A stretch of DNA of 64,000 nucleotides from Somniosus microcephalus. Lineage: Eukaryota. Location of the stretch: positions 11,098,001 to 11,162,000 of the forward strand of contig CM126220.1 of NCBI GenBank assembly GCA_052327205.1. The letters run 5' to 3'. The notes under the pieces are model-generated. The model did not search any database and had not been told where the DNA came from. It worked only from the letters and a program-made list of their open reading frames with translations. Shown one piece after another: positions 26,858 to 40,705 of the stretch. Every line of letters starts with the position of its first letter. Positions within the stretch are counted from its first letter, which is position 1. The translations under genes were made by a program, and so were the position numbers.

Positions 26858-27884
26858 GTGAGTGTCCTCTGTTTCTCGAGAGCTCATTGTGCGTGTGCTT
26901 CAGCTCGCACCCACGGTTTTTAAAAATATCATTTTGATCAAGCATCATTTCATGCGTTCAATTTGGGGTTTCTACTCTTGTGGTTTCCAACACATCTGCA
27001 GTTCATCAAATTAGCTTCAATTTGCATTTCGAACAGACTCTAGCCAGATATAGATTAGGTGATTTTGAACTTCAAATTTAAGGTAGAATGCACTTTGGAA
27101 AGTCTCTCCCTTTGGGTTGCTGAAGCCATAGTTTAATGCCATTGTGCATCCAGGACATGCTTATTTGATAGCAGAGGCATTCTCTCACCCATGCAGATTA
27201 AGCGTCTCCGCGTTCATGCTGGCAGCTCTGGTGTAGTATGAAAAATATTGCACATTTACAACACTTTCCCATAGAATGCAGAAATAGCTGTTCACTTATT
27301 TAGATTAGAGGTGCACTATCAACCAGGATGCAACTGCCGAAAAACTGAATTGCAATTCTGTTTAATAAAAATATTTCACTTTATTTGCTTTCACTGAAGA
27401 TAAACATGTATTGTTGGGCAGTTAGGGGGCAGTTGCCTTGGACAGATGCTGCAAGAACACAGCAGTAATTTAATTTGCTAATACAAAAATTCAGGAGGGA
27501 GAAGACAACTGACATCACCAGGCCTTTTTCCAGTCTTCAGTGAAGTTGGAAATGAAATGTTAAATGCTTCAGGAGGAAGACTTACTTTTGTGAGTCTTCC
27601 ATACTGTGAAATCATTTTAATGTTGCATCCTTTAGATATTTGTTACACACAGTTAAGACACTTCGCCATATCCTGTAGCTGGTTAAGTGCCTGTTGTAAA
27701 CAATACCTGATACTGTACAGTTTTTAGATGGTGGCAAAGATACAACAGCCAGGTGTAAACAATTGATGTTCATTTGTTCGTGAATAGCTGAATTGCATAG
27801 CTTGTGCTTGGCTTGTATGCGCCCTGTGCATTATATGACTGATTCTCATTCTGAATGTAACTCTTCATATCTTGTTAATTTTAG

Positions 27885-27998
<114 letters not shown>

Positions 27999-30518
27999 TA
28001 GATGTTAAAAATGACTTTTGTAAGTATGTTCTCTGGGTGATGATGGCAGCACTGGAAAGGGAGACCTTCCACGCCAGTTCTCTTTCTTTCCCGCCCCCTC
28101 CTCAATTTTAGCAATGGCAAATTAAATTACTGTTGAGTAATTGTGCAAGATTTGTCAGCTGACTGAGGCAACTGTGCTCTAACTGCCCAAAAGTATTAAA
28201 GGAAAGTAGCAAAGAATTGTAAATTTATAATTATCAGATCTGAAGTTGAGATTTGCTCTGTGCTTTCTGCATAACCTTTGCTAACAAATGGTTACTGTAA
28301 ACCGGCTGTGATTGATGTGGTTAACCTATGATTATACCAGGGATCAGTAAGTACAGCATTTTCTAGGCATATAACTCGAGAAAAAAATGTATCTGTCAAA
28401 AGGAGACCGGTTTGATCTGCAAATTTCCACATAATTTACATGCCAACTTGAGTAGACGAGGAGGCCCTGAGGGTAAACTGCACAAGGTTAATAATACTTG
28501 ACCCATCTTTGGAGTCAAAAATCCTGTGGCTGATGCATTGTAATGGTAGGAACCATTTCAAACAAGCAAATTACCCTGTTCTGTAGAGCAGATGATTTTT
28601 TTGCCCTGAAGGCCTGACTTACGTGTGCTCATGCTGACTGAGCACAATGCCTTTCACTGGGCTGCCATGATCAGTCAGGGTTATTAAGTTTGCCTGGGTC
28701 GGCACTGCTGAGTGCTCCTCCATTTTTCAGACTGAAGCGTCTGTCACTGAGGTAGGGAGAGACAGATTACCTCAGTCAATTTCACTGTCTTTGCACTCCA
28801 CTTTGCTGAGCTGGGAGCCAGTTAAAGGCATAACAGGTTATTCATTATCTGACTGTCTTAGTGTAGGCAAATGGCAGTTTCATGGACCGGCGTGTAGTAT
28901 CCTTAACTCAAGGTCACAGGAAGGAGAACGGAATGAAACTTAAAGTTTTTCAGCAACATATAATCAATAACTTTCAATTTTTGATATATATATATATTAC
29001 AGTATAATATATATATATAGTAAATTTAAACCTCAGTGCAGTAAACACTTTGCAGTCTGCAGAATGAGCAGTATGTAAAGAATAGTAATGAATACCTGTG
29101 AGTGGAATCCAGGGCAGTAACTCAATCAAGCACTTATATGACATCATAACCCCCAAAGTAATTCTTCAGCAGCTCATGAATGCTCTCTGGGTAGATTCTA
29201 AGAAACTGCTGTCTGTTTATATAAATATTTTTATTGGGTGAGACATTTTCATATTTTAGTTTTTGTGTAAGTTCCTGGTTTCTTGTCATTTTCAGGAGTA
29301 TTCAAGTCTCAGTGCAAAGGCAAATGTCATTCAAGGAAAGGTCCCTCTGCAGGTTTATCAGAATATAGCTTACAGGAAAATTACAAACATCGAATATAAG
29401 TTGTGATTCCATATGGAGATTTTATATAGAAATACAGTGTTGATTTGATTTTTTTTTAAATTTCATAGTTGTTTCTTGCCCAGGGTTATATTAGACAGCT
29501 GCTTGTATGGTTCATGAACTCAATTGTTGAAGAAAGCAAAGGTTATACATGCCTGGAACTTCACATAACAGCCTTTAGAATTGTGGTGTGAACATCCTTA
29601 AGTCAGTTTCACAACAGCAGTTCAAACCTCAAAGCCTGTGATAAACAATCACTTTTATAACTTGAATATTCTGCATATACTGATAAAGAAAAGGAAGAAT
29701 TACTTGCATTTATGTAGCACCTTTCACAACCTCAGGACGTCCCAAACCACTTCACAGCCAGTGAAGTAGTTTTGAGGTGTAGTCACTGTGGAAATATTGT
29801 GGTTTCTGTTAGCACAAGTCAGTCAGCATCTGTGTGTGGATGTGTGCCAAAGTGTAACTTTTGACAAAATATAAATTAATATTGTGTGTGCACCTTCAGC
29901 TAGCTTAAGTCTATAAGGAACATTACTTGAAATGGCAGCTGTAGCTGTTAGTCCAGTTTTGACAATTTCATCATGAATATCCTAATTTTAAAGGTATTAG
30001 CAATGTTGACGGTTCTAAATATTATAGCATTTTTTAATGTAATAGTGAAATCATTAAAACCATGAAATAGTGTAGGGATGGGCAGGCAGGTTGTACCCAC
30101 ACTCCTCCTCCAGTTACCATTCTGTGACCGGGAGGGCAGATGGCTGTGAACTCCTCTCCATACATGGTGGGGAAGTGGCTGGCTTCAGCACTCTGCCCAT
30201 AGGTACAGCCAAAATTAAGAACTTTCTAACTAAGGGATCACAGCTGCAGAACTGTGCCCTGCTGCACCTCCTGATATATATTTTTGCAGTTCACAGTAAT
30301 CATCTCAGAATCTAATATCGTTGTACTTGAGTTACAAATAATGGCTACAGAAAGTATTCTCTACTCTAAAAATATTAATGTCGTTTTTCATAAATTCAGA
30401 ATCTTTTAGGCCCAGTGGCTTCTCCATGACTCTGTGGCCTTTTCATTGCACTGCAGCAATTTCAGTGGACCAGACCAGTTATTTTTAATGATATGAATGC
30501 GGTGTTGTCTTTCCCCAG

Positions 30519-30590
30519 ACTTCCAATCCAATTGATGTAGCAAGCAGACAAGGAGCAGTTCCTCACACTCTACTTCAGAAGGACCCCAGG
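30519..30590 (+). CDS. FBRSL1: FBRSL1 coding exon [24 protein letters not shown]
   Basis: Acceptor tctttccccag; donor gtaaat; 72 nt; matches the family motif. Confidence 0.95.
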
Positions 30591-30688
30591 GTAAATGAAC
30601 TAATAACTTTCAACCCTGAAATCTTCAGCCATGATTGCATTACATACATGTTAAACTGCGCAGGACCAAAGTTCCTTATACTGCCAAG

Positions 30689-30852
30689 CAATGTTCCCTT
30701 TAAGCTGGGCAGCCGCACAGCGCTCTGGACCTCCTGTGCAGCCGGCTCACCGGCTTTTAAATAGAAAAGCCACACAGGCACAGAATTTTGAATGGGCCGC
30801 ACAGCCCGTTAAAGGGGCCGCACGGCCCCAAAAAAAATTAAAGGGAACATTG
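30689..30852. mobile_element. hAT-type MITE, copy 2
   Basis: CAATGTTCCCTTTAA...TTAAAGGGAACATTG; perfect 8-bp TSD CTGCCAAG (30681-30688 and 30853-30860). Confidence 0.92.
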
Positions 30853-33193
30853 CTGCCAAGTACATTTCTGACTTGCCCCATAACTTTGTTCATGACTGCT
30901 TATGAAGATGCCTATTTAGCAGAATCTGTGAGGTTCTTGCTGTTAATACTATTCCAAGCTAAGTTTTATTAAATAAACTCCCTGAGCTTGTTCAATCTGT
31001 CATCCTATTCCAAACAAGCTATTTCATAACATCATCTTCATGTGGCATTTTTCATCAAAAATCTCTTCCTTGAAAGATAGCATCTTGGTAACAGTGTTTG
31101 ACAAGACCAAGCAGCCAGAACCATTCAGTGGGTGGAAATACAGAAGCAAGACCAGGCTTAATCATCAAATCTATTAAACTTTTGTTTACTAGCCCTTTAT
31201 CTGACTTTGATCCTTAAAATTATTGATTCCTCCCTGATAATAGCAATGACTGCATCATCTTTGCATCCATATTGCTAGTCAACAAAGCAATGTAAGTAGA
31301 TAGGACTTCAAGCTTGGTTCTCACGGCTATTTAGTACCCCATTTACATTTACAGAACTAGTTCAATTAGAATATAACCCAGGTCGCTGAATTTGTCCCAT
31401 TTATACTGCGACGTGAATTCAAGAACAGCAGATAACTACACAAGTGCAAGGTCCAGACACGAGCAGATAGTGCAGAGTCCTGACTGCCAGTTTAGTCAGG
31501 ATCTGCCCAATATTGGGGAAAGGTCTGTGCAGACCAGCAATGTGTACATCACCTGAGAGATAAATCCACCCACAGGTCACAACCAAAATGGCAGCTATGT
31601 GACTATGGTGGTCAATATCTTTTATTTACAACAGAGAGCCCCTCCCAAGGGAAGTCTTGCTGCGTTCAGCATAGTTTTGTTTACAGGGTTGCCTCTGGTG
31701 CATTTTCTGCATTGCATGAGATACCATATTCCAGGTCATTTGTTTGGGGTTATCCAATATTAACCCATACCTGGATTTGGAAATGGATGTCTACAAAATG
31801 ATATAAATAGCAGCTTTTGAGCTTTGCTAATCATCAGATGTATTAAGTAGTAACCTTTTAATAGCTTTGCAGTTTCTTGTGCTGCGATCTTGATAAATCG
31901 CAATTCTCTGAGCCATTATTTTTGACCTAGTTTTATCGAGAGAGCTTTCATGCCCAGAGGGATGCTGATCAACTGAAACGAAGGAAAGGATTTGCATTTA
32001 TGTAACGCCTTTCACGACCTCAGCATGTCCCAAAGCGCTTTACAGTTAATGAAGTACTTCTGAAGTGTAGTCACTGTTGTAATGTAGGGAAACATACTGG
32101 TGTGGGGGCCATCATTTAGGCAAAAAAGGGTTGTAATGAATAAGAATTGCACTGATATTCCACTTCACTGCATGGGGAAAACCAGTTGGGAGTGTTGTGT
32201 CTTTTTGTTTTGTTAATTAAATGCAGAGCTGATTTCAATACATTTGAAAGGCCATTTTCATTCTGGGATATGTGGATTGCAAAAATGGTTTATTTAGATG
32301 GATTCTGATGGGGACAATAAGCATCACTTCCAAAAGTCTTGAGTAAAGGCTTTGGTAATGCTGATTGTTGGAGGTGTTCCTTTTCCCATTTTTAATCTTT
32401 TTAAAACAAGTCAAGTAACATAAAAGTGCAGATACAACTGGTCCAGGGAATTAAGGAAACTAGAGACGATAATTATTTGTGGTACCTAACACTGAAATCT
32501 TCTAGTATTTACATCTACTGAGTTCTCGGCTAGTGCAGGAGCTGAGATGCCTTGTTGCAGAAAGCTGGTATATTTCTGTCACAAACTATACCAACTTTCA
32601 ACCAAATGAAAGGTGAAATTTAGTTCAAAATCCATGGAGACAAGCTAGCTCAAAATGAATCGGGATGATTAAATGAAAAAAAACTCAGAGACCGATGATA
32701 AAAACATCTTGAGCACAAAATTCGTTCAGAGCTCATATTTCAAAAAAGTCTCTATAATATAGATAGGGTGCACAGTAATCTATAGCAGCAATGCACCATA
32801 TATTTTGGCTGGTGATGAATATGAGCAGTGACACACAGCCAACATAGATAATGTGCTGCGTATTAGTTTAGCTTCTTTGAGAAAATGTTTGCATTATTTT
32901 GCTATCTGTAAGTGCTGTTACAAAGAATAATTTACCCTTTTACTGATGGTGACATGAGTATTTGATTTGTATCTGATGTTTTTAAAAAAAAAAAAAAAAA
33001 AAATGAATTGCATGTATCCCAAGAATCCTTTGAATTACCGCTGAGTGATTACGTTTGGGTGAATTTAATGCATTAGACACTGACAGCAGTCTTATTAGTT
33101 TATCCAAGATGGTTTTTATATTGTCAGTTCCCATTAATATTTTGCTTCTATCAATATAATTGTACAACCTTTCTGCCTCATCTTTTCTAGCAG

Positions 33194-33223
33194 TTGTCAG
33201 ACCCCTACAGGCAGTCAATAAGA
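33194..33223 (+). CDS. FBRSL1: FBRSL1 30-nt exon LSDPYRQSIR (alternative start 33191 adds Q)
   Basis: Acceptor tcttttctag-cag; donor gtaagt; homologous to LTDPFR/VSDPYR. Confidence 0.9.
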
Positions 33224-35587
33224 GTAAGTGAGATCTACCTTTTTTAATGGTTAATCATTTTATAAAACCATTTCACACATTTTAAGTTGCAGTATGTTTT
33301 TATTCCAAAACATCTAGTTTATAATGGAATCTATAAAAGTGTGCACATTGCAAGTCACAAGTTATTTTACTGCAATGGTTATAATATTTTTAATACCCAT
33401 TTATAATGTTGGGTCTAAATTTCAAATGGGCTGCTCACTCTGCCGCCTACTACTTGGTTTCTGGATCTTTTTTGGCAGGATCCCATTGAATTACTTGATT
33501 CTCGTGCGTGATCTATTTCTGCTCTGACATGCTGGTGTATGGATATTCATGCACCTGATTCTCCAATTCAACCTCGAGGTCCAGAAGGAATGGGGCAAGA
33601 GGACTTACTTTCTTTTCCTCCATGTGGGAGCGAGGGCTGGGCGAGTTAACCCAGGCTGAGCAGCATTTATGGATGCTTGGGCATGATTTTTGACACATTT
33701 CCTTTCACGTTGGGGAAGTGTCTAATTAGAAGACTCCCTTGGGGGGGATTGTGTGTGATGTCAGAAAACTTCAAAGGAAAAGAGTAAATTATTTTTGTAA
33801 TGAAGAGGCATTTTTTTAATTGAATTTATTTTGTAGATGTCCTGCCTTGTTGAATCCAGTCTTCATGGTTCTAATTGGCCAGACATGAGCTTAGGACACA
33901 TTCTGAAGTATGGATATCATCTTGGTTCAGTTACTTCTAAACCATCACATTTTACAGACCATGGTGTTTCTAATTCAGTCACCAGTATAAGGAAGTGACA
34001 AATTTACTCATTCATGAACATTGTAAAGAAAAGGCAAGGCAGGGACACTGCTGGTCTTTGCAAACTGTGGTTAAACGTTTCAATAAAATTAAAGATTTCT
34101 GTAATCAAATGACTATGTTTGCTCTTGCGGGTTGTGAGATTGTAACGATGTTTGCATTTGCATGCATATTATTTTGGAGACTTAATTGAGTACTTTGGGA
34201 CAAGTTAACTTGGTGGTGGCTCCCCTCCCAAGTGCTACAAATGAATAAACATGGCAAGTGCATTTACAATTAAAATTATTACAGAATGTTCAAGATGCTT
34301 AGATTCTCCGCCATCTGGCTTGTGGCATAGTTCCAACCAACCAAATTATATGGAAGCTTTTAGTGAACCTGCTCTATCTCCTTCCTGTGGTCTATATAGG
34401 GCCCCATCTTCAGGTCTTGTTTGCTTGTTAGCATCAATTGAGAGTTTGTTGTGGTCACCCACACATCAAAATGGTTTATTTCTGTAGTGGTACATCCATT
34501 TTGAATACAACCTTTCTTTGAAACATGTTGAAGTTCCTTCGCTTTCTGGCAACTTAAGATCGCAAATAATGGAGTTATCGCAAAGTTCTGGCTTGACAAA
34601 TCTGTATGTGCTCCAGCAAGGCTTTCTGTCTTCCCACTGAACACTTCTCTGCAGTCTGCAAGTTCTGTAACCAGTTCCATGGAAGGCCAAGGGAAAAACT
34701 TATGGATCAGATTGTTAAAAAATCAAGACGTCTATTTTTGACATGGTTTCATCCATGAAGAGTTCAGTGTTTCATTTGTGTTTACTGTTTTCTTCCAGCT
34801 CCCACTCAAAAGGGTAAATCTACCTCAAAAACCACTGGGCGTAAGTATAATTTGAGTAAAAGTATTAGTTCAGACCCTAGCACACCTGGAGATGCATCTT
34901 TCCCAGGGCTTCAGTTTCATAGAAGCCAGGTTCAAGGCTGTCCTGGAAATATTCTGCCTCTGAAGAACTTTTTCTGGAAATTCAAAATCAAATAACATCC
35001 TTTACTGCCAGAAACAGAAAATTGGCTGGATTCTATAGCTAGACCTTCAGATTGGTGGCACCAAACACTTTTGTGGTTCCACACATCAGGCTCTTTTGGA
35101 AGTTTCACAATGAGCCTGCTAGCTCTTTGGTTACCTGAACATCTAATTCATCTCCCCTTCCCCTCTGAATTGCCAGAGAATTAATGATAGAAGCCCAGAA
35201 TACATATGTTTACAACCACTATTATCTTCTCTATTCTTAAACTTGACTAGCTCCCAAATTACTCCCTATTCAGTCACGGAAGCCCAGTTATCCTACTGAA
35301 CTCTACTTCTTGCATTATCCTCAAAATATACTCTCGCCAACTATTTATCTTTTTTGGGGGGTCAGGATGGGAAGAGAGAGTTGGTTCACAGTGCTGTGCT
35401 TCTCTGACTGGTTTGGGAACAAGTTTGGGCCATTGTTGAGAAAGGCGTGCAATGTATTTCTTTCTCTTCTCTTCCCCCTCCAGCCTCCCAGAAAAGGAAG
35501 CAGATTGTAATAACAAATTGGCAGGCTCTCGCTCCTTGAGTGCCAAAGTAATTGGTCATTCTCTAGGCAGACACCACCACAATAGTA

Positions 35588-35718
35588 CAATAGCAAAATA
35601 CTGCGGATGCTGGAAATCTGAAATAACAACAGAAAACGCTGGAAAAACTCAGCAGGCCAGGCAGCATCCGTGGAGAGAGAAACAGAGTTAACGTTTCAGA
35701 TCGAAGACCTTTCGTCAC
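35588..35718 (-). mobile_element. Penelope-like terminal fragment with a hammerhead-like core
   Basis: Minus strand gTGACGA-AAGGTC-TTC-GATCT-GAAA-CGTT-AACTCTG followed by the common tail. Confidence 0.65.
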
Positions 35719-37268
35719 CACAATAGTGATGTTTATCAGCAGGGAGGTTCAAATTACTTCAACCGCCACAGAATTTGTTAATGGTGCTAAGCACAGAATG
35801 CTTTCCTAAGGGTCTAACATTATACAATACCTTCTGAGTAAGGACTTGGTGTGCCCTCGCCAGTGCTCCTGTCACTAATATGTGGTGAAATAGATATTCT
35901 GGGGTGTGGGAGGGGGGAGCAAAATGCCTGATTCCTGCTTGTGAGTAGTATTTAGCCTTGCACAAATGTTTGTGTCCTTTTGAGCCTATTGCCCTATACA
36001 AGTTAATGCTGTTGGTCTGAAGATAATAACGTTGAAGGCTTTGGTCTCGGTCAGAGAGATAGCTCAGCTGTGTACTCTAATGACTTGACTGCCTTATCTA
36101 GGATAGATACATTCTCAGACCTCATCTTAATTTCATGCCAGACTTGGTATCCAAATATCATTGGGCTCAGGAGATAATCATTCTGTAATTCTATGCCCTC
36201 AAGTATGAAGGAGAACTTAGATTCTACCTTATGGATGTACGGATAATCGTCTGCTGCTATGCACATAGGAAATCCAGTCAACTGTGAAGACAAGACATTG
36301 GGTCATTTTATCAGAAAGCAAAGAATGGCTAAGTGGATTATGGAATATATCCAACTAGCATGGAGAGATTGTCCTCCATTCCATCCCAAAATAATAATTC
36401 ACCACCCTGGGAAAGATTAACGGTCATTCAAGAAGAACTGTGCCCCAAATACGCATTAATTTTTTGAAATGGAAGATGTCTACAAGGCAGCCACAAGAAG
36501 TAATCCACATATTAACATTGCCTTTTGGACCTACCTCCCTTTCGCGACATGTAGTTTGACGGGGTCATTTTGGCATCTGCTGTAGTTCCTAGTCAAACAG
36601 ATCTTTCCTGCTCATTAAAAAAGAACATCTGTGTAGGAATGAGCTGCGACATGTGGAGAAGATTGCTCACCATAGTTGCAATAATTCCCATTCTTCAAAT
36701 TAAGTTCTCCTTTACATACCCAAACCTCCATTACCTGGATTGAGGAAGGGTGCTTTTGATTGCTTATTCTCCACGATGAGAAAAGGAGCCTAAACTCTTT
36801 CAGTAAATGAAGAACAGAGGATGTACCTCAGCGGTTTCTAATTCAGCTGAAATGCAAATTGTTATGGTTTCTTCAAAGCCAAAGTAGCACTTTCATAAAA
36901 TCAAAACCGTTTTTTCATCCATATGTGTCATCCTGGCATCCCACTCCCAAATATGGGAGCAGTAAACCAGTTCAAATACAATGTGCAAGGCTCAGGATTA
37001 CATATCTTTGTTCTAGTCTGCGTTCGTCTGCATATTTGTCTACTTACAACCAGCTCTTGCCGTATAATTGAAAAGGATTTCTGCATTCATGCTCTCAGCT
37101 CACCTGTGTCAGATATTTGCTTCGAGCTTCACCACGTACATATTTGGCTACCGTCCATTCAGAATTATTTTTTTTGCTTGCTATTTTATGCGGGTGCTTT
37201 GCATTTTGTTTCTGTAGGCCTATAGATTGGCATGCTTTTGTTGCTGCGGGTTGAAATGTGTCTGCTAA

Positions 37269-37451
<183 letters not shown>

Positions 37452-37754
37452 TGAGGATGTGTTTAAATAGTCAATGTTAAAACCTGCTATGTGTGTTAGA
37501 GCAGTGAGGTACATCCTCTGTCCTAACCCCCTAACTAGTATGAGTGACCATTGCTTTTAAGCAATTCTGTCCAAAATTCTTTGCCAGTATTTCCCGTGGA
37601 GGTTCTTGAGACTGGCGGACGATCAGCAGAAACACCATTTACGCTGTGTAAATGGAGTTTAAGCCAAATTTATGGTCCTCGATCAACAGGACCCCTGAGG
37701 GATTTCCCGGCCCGTGTATCTCCATTTTAACAACAGCTTCATTTTAATATCTAG

Positions 37755-37973
<219 letters not shown>

Positions 37974-39704
37974 TGATTAATTCCCCTTTTTTTTGTTTAT
38001 GTTTCCTTGTATTTTGAGTATTTTCATCCAGTGGTGGCCTCCCACACTGCAACCTGGGACCCAAGACAGTGGGCAAGTGCGATCATCTTCGTCGCTTCTA
38101 CCAGCGCCACGCTGGAGGAGTGGTGAATTGCAACCAGAGAAAGGAGACCTTTGGATTTTTCATTCCTCCCATTAGCAAAGCACCTGCTGAGTTTATTGCC
38201 TGACTACGAAGCTGAGATCAGCAACTTATCTGTGGGAAGCCTGCTTGTTAAATGTCAGCTGAATGTTTCATCCAAACTAGGTGATTCAGCCTGTGGAGTT
38301 TACCTGGTGCTTAAGGCTCCCACCACATCCCTATGGTCCTGGGTTAAAGTTCCACCTGTGCTTGATGTTCTAATTCACTCCAGCCATGCTTGTAATCATC
38401 TTCATTAGTTCTTGGCGCAGCCACTTGGCAAGGGAGATTACAATCCAAACTTCCTCATTTTTTTCCTGATCTTGTTAGTGGCAGTGTTGCATTACATATG
38501 TTAATTACACCTGGGTCTGAATTAAATTGTTAAAATCGGCATTAAAATGGTGTGTCTAGATTAAAACTGATAATTTAAAATAATGAGTTGGCCTTACTCC
38601 AACAGTATGGCATGGATTTTGATGACTGTCACCCGACATAAACTGCCAACTCATCCAAAACTCGCCTGCACTTGGTTCCACTTACCTATCACCCCATCTC
38701 CAACACATTGAATTCAAAATCCTCTTCCTCATTTACCCGAATAGTCTTGCCCCATCTTACCTCTGACATCTCCTTCATCTCTTTAGACTCTGACCTCTTG
38801 CGCATCCCCGCCACTCAACCATCAATGAACCGAGCCTCCTTCCGTTTCAGCCCTACTTTCAGAACTTCCTAACTCCCTCCATTTTGCTACTTAAGTTATC
38901 ACTGCTTTCAAGCATCTCTCCTAATGTTTCTAATACTGCTCACCGCCTGTAATTGTCTCGGGGTATTTACTACGTTGAAGGCATGACATAAATGCAAGTC
39001 GCTGGACATCTTCTGCACTGGATATTTGATGAGGGTTTCTTGAAAATCAATAAAATACAGCAACACAAAAAGCATTAAATAAATTGCCATCAGATGAAAA
39101 GTTCACTGATGTGTATAGCTTTTATCCCACCGCTGCTGGCACATTGAACAGTACCTCGCTCCTTCCAGGCACTGTAGATGTGCTGATATTCCTGGTACTG
39201 TAGGAGGTGTGCATGTTAACTTTGACTGGCTGTCCACAAGACAGATGGTTGGCTGCCCAGCCAACACTATGTTCAATAACAATCTGCCACTTTGCAGCAT
39301 TTCTCCTAGTTTCTCTGGTGGATCTTCATTATCGCCTGGCTGCTGTCCTGTGCATTACAAAAGTTTGTAAGCGATCTCATTTAAAACCCGTCACTGGGGC
39401 TCTCATCTGTTAGATGTGTCCTGAAATCTTGGTGGATTGGAAAATGACAGTCTCCATCAGTCATGTGGAAGTAGAGTAGTGGATATGTTTCAATGGATTT
39501 CCATTTCAACAGAAAGACGCCTCCTGGGTTGATGATATAGTAATAATTTGAACTGTATGTACGTGTTCACTGAAATGACCCTATGTATCTCTATCCTCTG
39601 ATGACTAGTTAACAGTATTGATGGATTGTTGCTTTCATCTTTCCTTGACTCCTTTATCCTTCATTTAACCGAGAAGCTGTTTTTTTTTTGTCTTTACCTT
39701 GTAG

Positions 39705-39785
39705 GTAATGCACATCCGGCTGCAACCTCCTTTGGGCCTCCACCTCATCACCACAGCAGCTATTTACCCACTGGTCACCTGGCAG
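39705..39785 (+). CDS. FBRSL1: FBRSL1 coding exon GNAHPAATSFGPPPHHHSSYLPTGHLA
   Basis: Acceptor tctttaccttgtag; donor G|gtaaga; 81 nt, phase 1 to 1. Confidence 0.93.
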
Positions 39786-40705
39786 GTAAGAACTGGGAGG
39801 CAGATTCTTGCAACCTTAGACTTTTAATGGTATTTGACATAGCAGTTGTTCACCTTGTATCCAGCCGCAGCTAAATCCAGTTATGATCAGCTTTTTTTTG
39901 TATTTAACTGTTCCCTCAGCTGCTTTTCTTTCCAGGGGTGGTGTTAACACAGTTCCTGCTGCAGCTCACAGGATAGATAACCAGGCCAATCTCAGCATCA
40001 CGTAAAGCCAATGCTGCTTCCCGGCTTTAATAACAGAAGCCCCACTCAGTGCAATGACGGCCCAACCAACATTTCAACATCAAGTTACAAGATGCCGGCT
40101 CGGTCGATTGCATCAGCTGGATCTGCCTCTTGGATTTCAAAAAAATTCTTGTGCTGTTCTAGTGAAAAGAGCCATGGAAAATCCTGGGTAAATGGCACCG
40201 CAGCCTGAAGGAAGCAGCCAAGCCAGAATCTTGCCTGGGTTGGCACCCCCACCCTCTATATATAAAAAAAAAATTAAATCGCTCCTTGCTTTAGTTGAAG
40301 AAATAGGGTTGTTTCGCAACCACAGATTACGTTGGGTAAAGACATCCTCCATTGCTGCTGCGTAAAGAAACTTGACGGCAACGTTTTTTTTCAAATTTTA
40401 TTGCAGTCACAAAATTTTTTTTTTTTAATATACATTTGTAATGACCTATTTCTGGCTCTGACAGAGATCTGCCTGAGCCAGGTCCAGGTTGAATCCACAT
40501 TGCAGCCACACACCTCCATTAAAATGAACCAAGGGACTGTGTAGTCTAATGAGGTTTGCCAGTGAAACGCCATTCTTGAGCAGCATGCAATAAACGCTGG
40601 CCTTGCCAGCGATGCCCACATCCCGAGAACGAATGTGGGGGGGTTGAGGGGGCATGGAAGGAGCAGCCATTGCAAGCAATGGTACTAGTCTAGTTCACAC
40701 ATATA

